Shown: positions 48,067 through 59,984 of the stretch, piece by piece
Layout: each line of letters opens with the position of its first letter
Numbering within the stretch: position 1 is the stretch's first letter
Source of the DNA: Phallusia mammillata
Lineage: Eukaryota
DNA: 64,000 bases
Direction: 5' to 3'
Assembly: GCA_965637545.1 (NCBI GenBank)
Contig: OZ281497.1
Coordinates: forward strand, 8,246,001-8,310,000
Translations under genes and position numbers: made by a program
Notes under the pieces: generated by a model
The model's database searches: none
Seen by the model: the letters and a program-made list of their open reading frames with translations, nothing else
What the model was told of the DNA's origin: nothing

Positions 48067-50763
48067 TCATCGATGTTTGTTTACAAAGGTTCGGAGAGTG
48101 CGCAAGGATTTGTCTGGAACGTAATGTTCTCTGTATGCCGAGAGTTCCAACTTACACTGAAAACTGTTTAGAGCATGCCTGAAGTTCCGTCGTTTAAAGC
48201 TGCACAGCCCCAACAAGCGGAGGGTTTTAGTTGTGTAGGAAAAATATTTTCTTTCCAACTTTGCACACTCATTTGTTACGCAGGTCAGTGAATCAAAGCA
48301 GCACCGCATTGAATCTTGGTAGCATCCTTTTCTGTACCAAGCTAGTGCCACATGGTATATTAATTCTGCCTTTGCAAAACTCAAACCAAGTATAACCCGG
48401 TCAATGAAAACGGAAACCATCACTCTGTTTGGTAAAGATGGAGTCAGCCACGAGAATTGGTTAAAAATTGCATTACTTGATTGGGTTCTATTCAACATTC
48501 GACTGTGATAAAACTCAGGTTTTTCCTGCAGAAGACGTTTAAACATGTTTTTAGTATCACTAAGGCCATACAGAGGCTTGTCAGCTTTGACCACATTCTT
48601 TGCAAGTGAAACTAAAACAGATTGAAGTTTAGAGTACTTGGGGCGAACGCGATTCATATTTGCTTTCACTTCATCTATACATTTACAGATTGTTCCACAT
48701 GTGTCGCTAATTTGCAACATTTTACTTTCGTCGAAATTTTTCCAGCTTTCTTGAAGTGTGCGAAGTTCGTCACAGAGATCCCCTACCCGGTAAAAACAGG
48801 CACCGAACCTTGATATTTGTTTCAAATCAACGTAAGGAGAAATAATGCACGCCGCTGTGTACGCAGCATCGTAAAACCTTTCAAAGCAAGGACTGTCGTA
48901 AACTCGACCGAAAAAGCACGTCGACAGGTCGGTTAAAGAAATGAATCCACCCGTTGTCTTTGGTTTACGTGGGAACGCCACAAAGGAATCAAACATTTGC
49001 TTTAGTTTTGTTGTAACTCGCTCTGTGTCAGAGATGTGCGGACAAGAAGTTGAGTCGAACTCACGAAATACCTCTAAGAACAGATTAAACGCCTGCTCGA
49101 CATGAACCAATGCAACTTGGGCAAAAAGACCACTCCACAAATTATTCTTGATGTACAATAAAGGATCCGATTTTCTGCTTATATCCAGTTCTTTGGGACA
49201 CAGAAAGGCTGTACACAGCTTTGCTATCCTCGAGTCTTTTGATCTCATACTGTCATGAGAAATCTTTATTTTGTCCCTTAAGCCCCTTGCGGTGTCTGAC
49301 AGCACTATCGGTTGAAGAACGTTCCAAAAACTAAACCAGATAGTGCAAAATGCAAAAAGGCTATTTCTTCCGATGACATCAGCAAGTTGCGTCACGGCGT
49401 TTTGTGTACGGTTTACTTCAGCTATTTGTTGCTGTGCATTTTCGTAGAGTTTTGAACGCAATTCCCACGAAAGTGCGACAATGTACTTCAAGTTGTGTCC
49501 AGCGTCGTGATTTAAGTGCCCGAATTTAACTAGTTGGTCAATGATCGTAAATGAGTTTGAATCAGCTACGTTGAACATACTACCTAAATGTCCTATTATT
49601 ACGCTACATCCACGGTAACATATTTTCTTGATATTTCCACCGTTGTTTCTATTCTTCATTTCAAAAAGAATGTTTTCTTTATCCATGCAGGTTTTGATGC
49701 TGGACAAAATTGTACTCGTTTGACCCTGTAGTTTATTGGTAATCTTTTTCTTGTATTTGTCGTGCAAAGATAGAGATCCAGCTACCAATACAGACTTTGA
49801 CAGAACCGTGTCAAGGTGATAACCATTTCTGCAAATAGCGTCGGTTTTCAGGTATTGCACCATAATACTCACAGGTTGAATTAACTCCGTTTTGAACGAT
49901 TTTTTTATTGTTTCCTTTCGGGACAAAGGGTGGATACTGGCAAACGGCATGTTACTGTCGAATCGAATTCCGCATGGCGTAATTATGTCGTAAAACCAGT
50001 CCTTACTTTTATCATCGGTGTAAAAGTCGTTGAGGCACGGTACGCCCAACAAACGAACTGGAGTTTCTCCGAGGTTTACAATCAGGAACTGAAAAATTAT
50101 TGCGTACCAACGCATCTGTTCCTTCAGTCTTTGCAATACCATTTCGTCTAAGTCGTCTTCCAGCAGTATCATATGTTCAAAATCAGAATATGGTGTTGCT
50201 TCACCTTTAGCAACTGAACCGAGAGCACAGAGTGAAAACATGGGAACCGGGTTATCCTCACCGTACAAAATTTTAACACAAATGTTTGAAACGTTTTCCA
50301 TAACGTCAATAAACTGACCAGAAATCTCTTCCGCTACGGAGCGGACAAAAACTATTTTCTCTCGTTCCTCGGGCTCAGAAAAAGAATTAACTTTCGAAAT
50401 TTTACTCACTTTCATTGACGAATGGTGCCTCATAGTCTTTATGAGGTCCTCTATAGGCGCCATAACTGAGACCAAATTGGAATTGAACTTAACCGCATTG
50501 GCTTGCTGTAGCAAAGAAATCCACAAACACTGAATACTATCTTGGATCAACGGAATTTCTACTGTTATTTTGGATGCCACCAGCAATCCTAGACTGTATA
50601 TGTAGTTGTAGGCGTCTTCGTGTACATTAGCTGCGTAAAGCTTGCCTAATTTGTGGAATATATCTGCAGACTTACTACGATCGTTTTCAACTATTCTTCC
50701 AGAATCATTTTTGATGCAACTAGTTTTTAGGTCCTCACACAATATTTCAGCGTTGGAATACAT
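48067..50763 (-). CDS. TPR - DUF294/GlnD-like nucleotidyltransferase - helical domain - TPR protein, copy N1 (898 aa, intronless CDS)
   Basis: 2.7-kb open frame; LGSVAKGEATPYSDFEHMILL fits the Pol-beta-family GS...DxE motif of DUF294/GlnD type; TPR-like helices at the N-terminus (ADIFHKLGKLY) and C-terminus (AELIYHVALAWYRKGCY, TLRLLGLCSFKRRNFRHAL). Confidence 0.85.
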   Translation of the reverse strand: MYSNAEILCEDLKTSCIKNDSGRIVENDRSKSADIFHKLGKLYAANVHEDAYNYIYSLGLLVASKITVEIPLIQDSIQCLWISLLQQANAVKFNSNLVSVMAPIEDLIKTMRHHSSMKVSKISKVNSFSEPEEREKIVFVRSVAEEISGQFIDVMENVSNICVKILYGEDNPVPMFSLCALGSVAKGEATPYSDFEHMILLEDDLDEMVLQRLKEQMRWYAIIFQFLIVNLGETPVRLLGVPCLNDFYTDDKSKDWFYDIITPCGIRFDSNMPFASIHPLSRKETIKKSFKTELIQPVSIMVQYLKTDAICRNGYHLDTVLSKSVLVAGSLSLHDKYKKKITNKLQGQTSTILSSIKTCMDKENILFEMKNRNNGGNIKKICYRGCSVIIGHLGSMFNVADSNSFTIIDQLVKFGHLNHDAGHNLKYIVALSWELRSKLYENAQQQIAEVNRTQNAVTQLADVIGRNSLFAFCTIWFSFWNVLQPIVLSDTARGLRDKIKISHDSMRSKDSRIAKLCTAFLCPKELDISRKSDPLLYIKNNLWSGLFAQVALVHVEQAFNLFLEVFREFDSTSCPHISDTERVTTKLKQMFDSFVAFPRKPKTTGGFISLTDLSTCFFGRVYDSPCFERFYDAAYTAACIISPYVDLKQISRFGACFYRVGDLCDELRTLQESWKNFDESKMLQISDTCGTICKCIDEVKANMNRVRPKYSKLQSVLVSLAKNVVKADKPLYGLSDTKNMFKRLLQEKPEFYHSRMLNRTQSSNAIFNQFSWLTPSLPNRVMVSVFIDRVILGLSFAKAELIYHVALAWYRKGCYQDSMRCCFDSLTCVTNECAKLERKYFSYTTKTLRLLGLCSFKRRNFRHALNSFQCKLELSAYREHYVPDKSLRTLRTFVNKHR

Positions 50764-52428
50764 TTGGTGTGTCTGGAACACAAAAAGTATTTTAATTAAA
50801 AAGGAACAGCGAAGTGAATATTTAAAGTTGATATAAGACTGCAGCGCACAAATTTATGGCAACTCACTCACACACACGGCTCCGTGATTGTCTGATAGAA
50901 CCAAATGAACTCCAATCCACTGAATAAGGCCTTTTATTTTATATTTACTTGGCGAACAATTAACCCTATCCCTTTTTACTACATATTGTGTGCTGAATTT
51001 ATGATGCGCTTCTTTTATTTATAGGTGGGCTTTCGCAAAACGACAAGAATTATTCATTGCGTGGTTGGACTTCTACAAAGTAGTGTAAAATGTTTTGTAA
51101 AACTAGTTTAACGGGTAAAAATATGTATTTAGTAAATATATGAGACTTACATCTTTAAAAATATTTTTGTTCAGGGTTTGTATCTTTCAAAAAATTAAGT
51201 TGATGTTAATTTGAAAAAATATTTTTTTTAATTTGAAACATAAGTTAATTCATTGGATTTTTTCGTGAAATCCCACAAAACATTTTTTAACTTAGACTTA
51301 GTTAAGCACAAAAGTTATTCTTTTCTGGTGAATAAACTTAGTCATTATTCTGCTCACAGAAGAACCGGACGAAACAGGGTTGAATCTCTCACCTTAAAAA
51401 ATTAAAAAGGCACTGTAAACATACCATTTAGCGTTAAATATATAAGTACTTGTGCCCGCCGTGGCTTAAGGTATCGTACAAGCTACAAACTGTAATAATA
51501 AGAAAAAAACAATGAAAAGTAGGTCACCTTATACGAACATCTCTGCAGTAAACAAACCAAGGGATTCAACCAATATTACTGTGTTTTAAGAATTTGTAAA
51601 AAAAGGTTGTTGAATTTAGTTTATGATTTAAAAAACTACTTTTAAACTTTCCAAATTACTCCTGTGATCTTTAGTTAGTGAAAACAAAGTTTATTCGACT
51701 GACTGCCGTAACCAAACTCTAACTGTTGTTGTTATTCTTGTTAGCACTGTCAACTTTGGACTTACTTTAACCATTTGCCAACAGCACGCTTAAAAAAAAC
51801 TTTACGAAATTATTTGACCACAAGGGCGCAGTAAAAGTACCTAATCGTGTTTGACTGTGTTACTAAAAAATGAATCACTAAATAAAAAAATAAAAATAAA
51901 TAAAACTGAATCACCTTCAGAAGCGGAAGGGTTAAATTATGTTTACAAGCAAAAGTACCTGCGGCACTCAAACACCATGGCTACAGTTCTTGGTTAATTA
52001 GTATAAGGCTGAAACTTTAATCTTTAAGGTAGATTAATTGGTTTAAGGGTAGTTACGGATTGCAGTGTTTTTCATTGCTTGTATATTGTATCGGAAGGGA
52101 ACTAACGTGTATTCCTGTGCTGTAGTGCTTCTTCGTCAGTTGAGTAGCCCCTATTTCCAAGTTTGCCACAGAGACATCGTTGGGGCAACGACAGGGAGAT
52201 AGTTTTGTTTGGCTTTAAGTTATTGTAATAAGGCTAAACATGTCACTTTGAGTACGTATCAACATAAAAGTAGGCAACACTGAACTCGGTGTATAATATT
52301 TGCGTTGCAAACAAAAGGGCGTTGTTGAGTTAGCAGTGGTTTGTTGGTACGAAACTACCCGAACAAACCTTTGTTTACTCGTGCTTTGATGGGACGCAAA
52401 ACGTTGCCCTGTGCCCTATTATCCCCTA

Positions 52429-53952
52429 CTAATTTAGTAAATCCAGAGAAATCTTTATTTTGTCCCTTAAGCCCCTTGCGGTGTCTGACAGCACTATCGG
52501 TTGAAGAACGTTCCAAAAACTAAACCAGATAGTGCAAAATGCAAAAAGGCTATTTCTTCCGATGACATCAGCAAGTTGCGTCACGGCGTTTTGTGTACGG
52601 TTTACTTCAGCTATTTGTTGCTGTGCATTTTCGTAGAGTTTTGAACGCAATTCCCACGAAAGTGCGACAATGTACTTCAAGTTGTGTCCAGCGTCGTGAT
52701 TTAAGTGCCCGAATTTAACTAGTTGGTCAATGATCGTAAATGAGTTTGAATCAGCTACGTTGAACATACTACCTAAATGTCCTATTATTACGCTACATCC
52801 ACGGTAACATATTTTCTTGATATTTCCACCGTTGTTTTTATTCTTCATTTCAAAAAGAATGTTTTCTTTATCCATGCAGGTTTTGATACTGGACAAAATT
52901 GTACTCGTTTGACCCTGTAGTCTATTGGTAAGTCTATTGGTTTTCTTGTATTTGTCGTGCAAAGATAGAGATCCAGCTACCAATACAGACTTTGACAGAA
53001 CCGTGTCAAGGTGATAACCATTTCTGCAAATAGCGTCGGTTTTCAGGTATTGCACCATAGTACTCACAGGTTGAATTAACTCCGTTTTGAACGACTTTTT
53101 TATTGTTTCCTTGCGGGACAAAGGGTGGATACTGGCAAACGGCATGTTACTGTCGAATCGAATTCCGCATGGCGTAATTATGTCGTAAAACCAGTCCTTA
53201 CTTTTATCATCGGTGTAAAAGTCGTTGAGGCACGGTACGCCCAACAAACGAACTGGAGTTTCTCCGAGGTTTACAATCAGGAACTGAAAAATTATTGCGT
53301 ACCAACGCATCTGTTCCTTCAGTCTTTGCAATACCATTTCGTCTAAGTCGTCTTCCAGCAGTATCATATGTTCAAAATCAGAATATGGTGTTGCTTCACC
53401 TTTAGCAACTGAACCAAGAGCACAGAGTAAAAACATGGGAACCGGGTTATCCTCACCGTACAAAATTTTGACACAAATGTTTGAAACGTTTTCCATAACG
53501 TTAATAAACTGACCAAAAATCTCTTCCGATACGGGGCGCACAAAAGTAATTTTCTCTCTTTCCTCGGGCTCAGAAAAAGAATTAACTTTCGAAATTGCAC
53601 TCACTTTCATTGACGAATGGTGCCTCATAGTCTTTATTAGGTCCTCTATAGGCGCCATAACTGTGACCAAATTGAACTCAACGGCGTTGGCTTGCTGTAG
53701 CAAAGACTTCCACATACACTGTATACTATCTTGGACCAGCGGATTTTTTACTCTTATTTTGGATGCAACCAGCAATCCTAGACTGTATATGTAGTTGTAG
53801 GCGTCTTCATCTACATTTGCTGCGTAAAGCTTGCCTAATTTGTAAAATATATCTGCAGACTTGCTACGATCGTTTTCAACTATTCTTCCAGAACCATTTT
53901 TGGTGCAACAAGTTTTTAGGTCTTCACACAATTTTTTAACGTTGGAATACAT
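52429..53952 (-). CDS. Nucleotidyltransferase copy N2, C-terminally truncated (507 aa)
   Basis: Open frame homologous to N1 up to KIKIS; breaks at ~52444 into N1 upstream sequence and stops five codons later. Could be a pseudogene. Confidence 0.7.
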   Translation of the reverse strand: MYSNVKKLCEDLKTCCTKNGSGRIVENDRSKSADIFYKLGKLYAANVDEDAYNYIYSLGLLVASKIRVKNPLVQDSIQCMWKSLLQQANAVEFNLVTVMAPIEDLIKTMRHHSSMKVSAISKVNSFSEPEEREKITFVRPVSEEIFGQFINVMENVSNICVKILYGEDNPVPMFLLCALGSVAKGEATPYSDFEHMILLEDDLDEMVLQRLKEQMRWYAIIFQFLIVNLGETPVRLLGVPCLNDFYTDDKSKDWFYDIITPCGIRFDSNMPFASIHPLSRKETIKKSFKTELIQPVSTMVQYLKTDAICRNGYHLDTVLSKSVLVAGSLSLHDKYKKTNRLTNRLQGQTSTILSSIKTCMDKENILFEMKNKNNGGNIKKICYRGCSVIIGHLGSMFNVADSNSFTIIDQLVKFGHLNHDAGHNLKYIVALSWELRSKLYENAQQQIAEVNRTQNAVTQLADVIGRNSLFAFCTIWFSFWNVLQPIVLSDTARGLRDKIKISLDLLN

Positions 53953-56900
53953 TTGGTATGTCTGAAACACAAAAAGTCTTTAATTAATAAAGAACAACGA
54001 AATAAATTTTTAGTTGATATAAGCCTGCCGCGCACAAACTAATGGCAACTTACGCACACACTGTTCTGCTATTTTCTGACTCAAATAAACTCCATTCCAC
54101 TGAATAAAGCCTTTTATGGTATATTTACTTGACGAACAATCAACTCTATCCCTTTTTACTGCTTATTGTGCGCTGAATTTATGATGGGCTTCTTTCATGT
54201 ATAGGTGGGTTTTAGCAAAACGGCAAGAATTAATTATTGCATAGTTCGGTTTCTATAAAGTAATGCTGTAAAAAGTATTATAAAACTAATGTAGCGGGTA
54301 AGAAAAGATGCATTTAGTAAATATATGACACTTACAGCATTAAAAATAATATTTGCTTAGTTTTTGCATCTTCCAAAAAATAAAGCTGCTGTTAATTTGA
54401 AAAAATATTTTTTTAATTTGAAATAAAATAGTTTATCTGATTTTTTCGTGAAATCCCATAAAACATTTTTAACTTAGACTTAGATAATCGCAGAAGTTAT
54501 TCTTTTCTGATGAATAGTTATTATCTTGCTCACAGAAGAACCGGACGAAACAGGGTTGAAACCCATTACCTTGAAAAAACAGAAAAGCACCTCGAACAAG
54601 GGACTATTTAGCGTCAATTAGATACTTGTGCCTGTTGTGGCTTAAGATATCGTACCAACGACAAGTTAAAGGATATTGTAATATCAAATACATCAACAAA
54701 CAATAAAAAGTAGGCGACCGTATACGAACATCTCTGCAATAAACAAACCAAGAGGTCAAACCAAAATTAACGTCTTTTAAGATTTTGTAAAAAATGTTTT
54801 TGCACGTGGTTTATGGTCTAACACCACCCGTCCACATTTGTGTCATAATTTCTACCTATAAACGGCTTAAAGCTATTTTTAAAAATTCAAATTAACTCCT
54901 GCGATCTTTAGGCAGTGAACACAAAGCCTGTCTGTGGCAACAGAACACTGTTTTTTTGTTGTTCTTATTAGCACTGTGAACTGCAACTTTAGCCATTTGC
55001 CAATAGCCCGCTTAAAAAAAACACGTTTTAGCCACAAGTGGGCAGTAAATGTACCGAATCGTGTTTGACTGGGTTACTTAAAGCGGAACCATCTTCTAAA
55101 GCAGATGGGCTGAACAATTCACAAATAAAACTGCCTGTGGCTATGAAACAAAGGCTGGGGCATTTGCAACAGTTGCTAGGTTCAGTTGAGGTGGAAAAAA
55201 CTTACGTGAGTGGAAACAATTCTTGGTCAGTTAGTATAGGGCTGAAAACTTAAATTATTGCGATAGATTAAATTGGTTTGAAGGTAGTTACCGATTGCAG
55301 TGTTTTGTAAAAACAACAACATATTATTGCTCATAAGTATTGTCGGTAGGGAACTAACGTGTATTGCTGTGCTGTAGTTCTTCTTCGTCAGTTGAGTAGC
55401 TCCAATTTCCAAATTTGCCAAAGAGACATCGTTGGGATAACTACAGACATCGCTTTGTTTGGCTTTAAGTTATTGTACGAAGACTAAACATGTCACTTTG
55501 AGTACGTAACAACATAAAAGTAGGTAACGCTGAACCCTGTTTATAATATTTGCGTTGCAAACAAAAGGGCGTTGGTTGACAGTGATTTGTTGGAACGAAA
55601 CTACGCGAGCAAACCTTTGTTTACCCGTGTTTTGATGTGACGCATAACATTGCCCTATGACATATTGTCCCCTACTAATTCCATGAACCGGTGCAATCAA
55701 CCCATAGAATAAACAGGAAATCTCTACAATGTGAGATTAGCCTGGAATCAGCCTGGAAGCAACTACAGTAAAATGTATGCAGTACGTATACACACTCTTT
55801 TTGTTTTGCATCAGACAACTTATTAGATTCGTCACTAGTGTTTCTGTTAATTTTCGATTATTGTTTCTTTAAATAGTTTTGAATTTTAACTTAGGGAATT
55901 GGGTAAGATTTTTTGTTTTTTCGTTGCATCGGTTGAATGAGTGTTTAAAGTGTAACTTTGTTGTAAGAAAAATGCTGTTAAAAAGGGAACTATTGGTTCT
56001 TAAGGTTTGTTTATACAGAGAATTAAATACGTTGAACCATGGGTGTAATGTGTCCACCTATCTTGTATGTTAAACAGGCTCCTATTAAGGAGTTTGTTAC
56101 AGAATGACGATATGGTTGCGACACGACCTAGTCCTTTGTTGTGCAAAGCGGCACCACTCAGGTTATTGTTGCGACATGAACTGTATCGTTGCAGTAAGTG
56201 TAAAATAAAGCGAAGCATATACTGACACATTACTTCCTGGAATTCAGGACTTTGGGAAATAAATAAATCCGTTTTCATTATAACTAATGCGAAAGGTTAC
56301 CAAGCTATGGCCACAATTTGTAAATATCCTTCTAATCATCGTCGTAAAATAACACATTGCATTACCAACATGACATACCTATCTAAACATAAAATTGTCA
56401 GCGTAATTCGGCGTAGTTCTTCCGCAATCTGTGTTTCAATATTAATTAACATCATCTTGTGTGCGCGGGTGTTACGTACATCGGTGACAAAACAAAATAC
56501 GACGTGACAACAACGACTGTTCTTTTTATTTCTCGGCCTTTTTTCAATAAAACATGATGAATCGCTTTTTTAAATCCTCACTGCCTTCTAAGGTCTAAGT
56601 GGCTTTCGTTGTGATAATAATCAGAAAGGTTTCAGTTTTGCGTCAACTTGCCCTTTCTTGGTGCGTCCGCGGCAACGATTTTGTACATTTGTACATGCTA
56701 TTGCATGTATACATGTTTTGTTTTTACGCCCAAATGCGTTTTTGTTCACTGGGATTGAAAAAAGGTAAATTAGTAACCAAGTCAAACAAACCTTTGTAAT
56801 GAGTGTGCAAAGCAATCTCACTAAACAGTGATGTGGCCAATAAATTGGACAAGCCGCCTAAGTTTAACACTGGTGGCAGTAAGATAAGGAACACTTTTTT

Positions 56901-59417
56901 TTGTCTTACCGATCCCTTCGCAATTTTTTATATCACTCACTTCTGTATGATAACTTTGCATGGGAATGTTTTAAGGGCAATTTGTCACGTCCAAAATAAG
57001 ACTAAAACAATACAAATACAGTGCGTGAACAATTGCCTATGTTTTTTTTACTTAAAAATGAAGGTAAGCGTCGCTTCATGTCGCATAATACTCGTATCTC
57101 TTTATTTTTTGCTGATACAGTCGCAACATCTCGTGTTACCTATGGTTGTAGAAAGACTTTAAGCTCGGGAATGGTTGTAGAAATACTTTAAGCTCTCCCC
57201 CGGGAACCGTGTGGTGGAACCCTAAGGGACCGCGGACCACAGTTTGAGAAAAGGGGAAGTTGTCAATTTTCTATTGCTCTGTTAAAAAGGAACCGTTGCT
57301 CACAAGTTACGGAAGGTAACTAAAGCGCTTTTATTGAGCTACGGTTCTTCCTTTATAAAGCTTTATACGGCAAAGTAACGACATAGGTGGGCCTGTAGTA
57401 AAATGACTTCACAAAAAGTAATGAAAATGATTAAATATTCTTGGAAAACATATTTTAGACTTTAGAGAGTATGCATTTTTTACAAAAACATGTTGTAAAT
57501 ATGAGTTTTGATCATACTTTGATGTTTAAAAGATTTGTTATTTCGTTATAAAAGCATAAAAATCAGTGTGACCTGTCAGTTTGTAAGTTGCTTCTACTAT
57601 TTGCATTGCAAACATGACCTTTGTGGTGTTGTCATCGGTTATTAGATACAAAGCGCAGTTAAAAACGGTACCCGTTGCTCACAAGTTTCGAAAGGGAACC
57701 AAAGCGCTTTTAGCGAGCTGTGGTGCTTCCTTATAAGGCTTCATCACAAAGAGTCGACGTAGTTGGGGTAATAAAGTCTTTTGTGTTTGCAAAGCCAAAT
57801 CGCTCGTTTCACATGAACTGGTTGTTGTCGCAATAGGTATCACGAAGGCACAAGTATCTTACCAATGTCGTATATGTGGCATTGTTATAATCAAAATGAC
57901 TTTGGTTCTACGACGCTTACAGCACAATGCTTGTCCAGCTCATTTATACGCAGACTTTATTAAATATTTGTGACGTACAGTAAATTATATTTCGCTGCTT
58001 TTCGCACAGGCTTTATTTGCATTTGGGATCTATTGTACCTTTGCATAATAGTTTAGGAATTTTAACTAACAGCCATTGCATAAGACTGTACGGTTATATC
58101 ATTGGCTCGGTTGAATGTCGACTCTGTTATAAGGGGAAGTGCTGTTAAAAAGGGGTACTATTGGTTCATGAGTTTTGTTTCTCTAGAGAACTGAATTACG
58201 TTTAGGAGCCATGGGTGTAATGTGTGCACCTATCTTGTAAGTTACAAAGGCTTTTATTATCGGAGTTTGTAACAGAATGACGACATGGTTACGACACGAC
58301 CTAGTCCTTGGTTGCGTAAAGCGGAACCACCCGTTCCACATGAGCTGGTTGTTGTTGCGACAAGAACTTTTTTGTAACGCTGTTGCAATGCATTGCAAAC
58401 GTGTTTATTAGTAAATGGATTTAGAAATTCAATCAAACCGTTATCGAAAATAATTGTTATCGTAAGTTACGTTTCGCAAAATCACATTGCTCTATCAATA
58501 TGACGTACCAGTCTATACAAAAATATGACAAAACTCTCCCTCAACCTGTATGTCAAAATAAAATGACATCATCACAAGTGTGCATATGTTACGTACATCC
58601 GCCATGTTAACTATAGGAGAAAATTCCAAAATGTAGGTGGTATAATATAGTTAGACATTGTATTTACTAGCGAATTTGTGTGTGGGCATTTCTTTAACAG
58701 GCGCCTACAGTTTGTGCTACAACTGGATTGATTGCTGGCTTTTTTCTGGTCGTTTTATCAGAAAAACGTGCTTTAGCAGTAAGGGTCTTGTGAAATTATC
58801 AATGCCATCTAAGGTGTTATAATATCAGCAATGTCGCTATTTTGCTGATATTATAATCAGAAACGTTCGCGACTGCTTTCGCGGTGCGTTAGGAACGTTT
58901 TTGACAAAAACAGTTAACAATACAATTGTAATGAGTGTATCCATTCCCAAACCATAGTGATGTGTCCGAAGGATGGAAGAATGGGTCGGTTTTTCCAGAG
59001 AGGTTCTTTGCTGATGCCATGAGCAGGCTTAAAGCAACCATTATTTGTGTGAAAATTGATCATGTTGAACTTGCTTTTTGACAAAAAGGATAAGTGCTCA
59101 TTATTTTAAAAACAAGGCATAAACTTATATGGCAACCATTGCGTTTTTAAGGTTGACAAAATGTAGATAGTTTGACACAAACTTTAACTGAAACCTAAAA
59201 TCTGGGTTAAAGCATTAAAAATATTTCATAAAAAATTACGGTGATATTGCGCGTGCTGAAGACGTTCGGTTTAATTCAAAAATACAACTAATTTTTTTCA
59301 ATTTAGGGCTGTGAAGTTATATAAATATGTGTCATGATAAAACTGAGTAAAAAGCTATCAATTTTTTCCCTTCTTTACTTGTGACCATTGTGACTTAATA
59401 TATTAAAATTCAGCAAC

Positions 59418-59984
59418 TGTTGCTTCACCTTTAGCAACTGAATCGAGAGCACAGGGTGAAAACATGGGAACTGGGTTATCTTCGCCGTACACAATTTTAA
59501 CACAAATGTTTGAAACGTTTTTCATAACGTTAATAAACTGACCGGAAATTTCTTCGGCTACGGAGCGCACAAAAGTATTTTCTCTCTTTCTTTGGGCTCA
59601 GAAAAGGAATTAACTTAAAAAAATGTACTCAGTTTCTTTGACGAATTGTGTCTCATGGTGTTTATTAGGTCCTCTATAGGCGTCATAAGTGACCAAATTG
59701 GAATTTAACTCAACCGCATTGGCTTGCTGTAGCTAGGATTTCCCCAAAAACACTGCATACTAACTTGGCAACGGATATTCTAATCCTATTTTGGATGCCA
59801 CCAGCAATCATAGACTGCATTTGTATTGGTAGGCGTCTTCTTGTACATTTGCTGCGTAAAGCTTGACTAATTTGTAGAATATATCAGCAGACTTACAACG
59901 ATCGTTTTCAACTATTCTTCCAGAATCATTTTTGATGCGACAAGTTTTTAAGTCCTCACACATTGTTTTAACGTTGGAATACAT
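59418..59984 (-). pseudogene. Nucleotidyltransferase copy N3, 5' fragment
   Basis: Homologous to the first ~190 codons with frameshift/stop; homology ends at GSVAKGEAT. Confidence 0.85.

Noticed and set aside
48067-50763. cGAS/Mab21- or OAS-like identity for the NTase
   Set aside because: Motif spacing and context fit DUF294/GlnD type; no Mab21 features recognised.
48622-53600. Antisense and alternative-frame ORFs over the NTase genes
   Set aside because: Shadows of the long minus-strand CDS.
55038-55253. Duplicated short ORFs (also 61130, 56307/62406, 56803/63040)
   Set aside because: Their identity simply reflects the recent 6.1-kb duplication; no coding signature.
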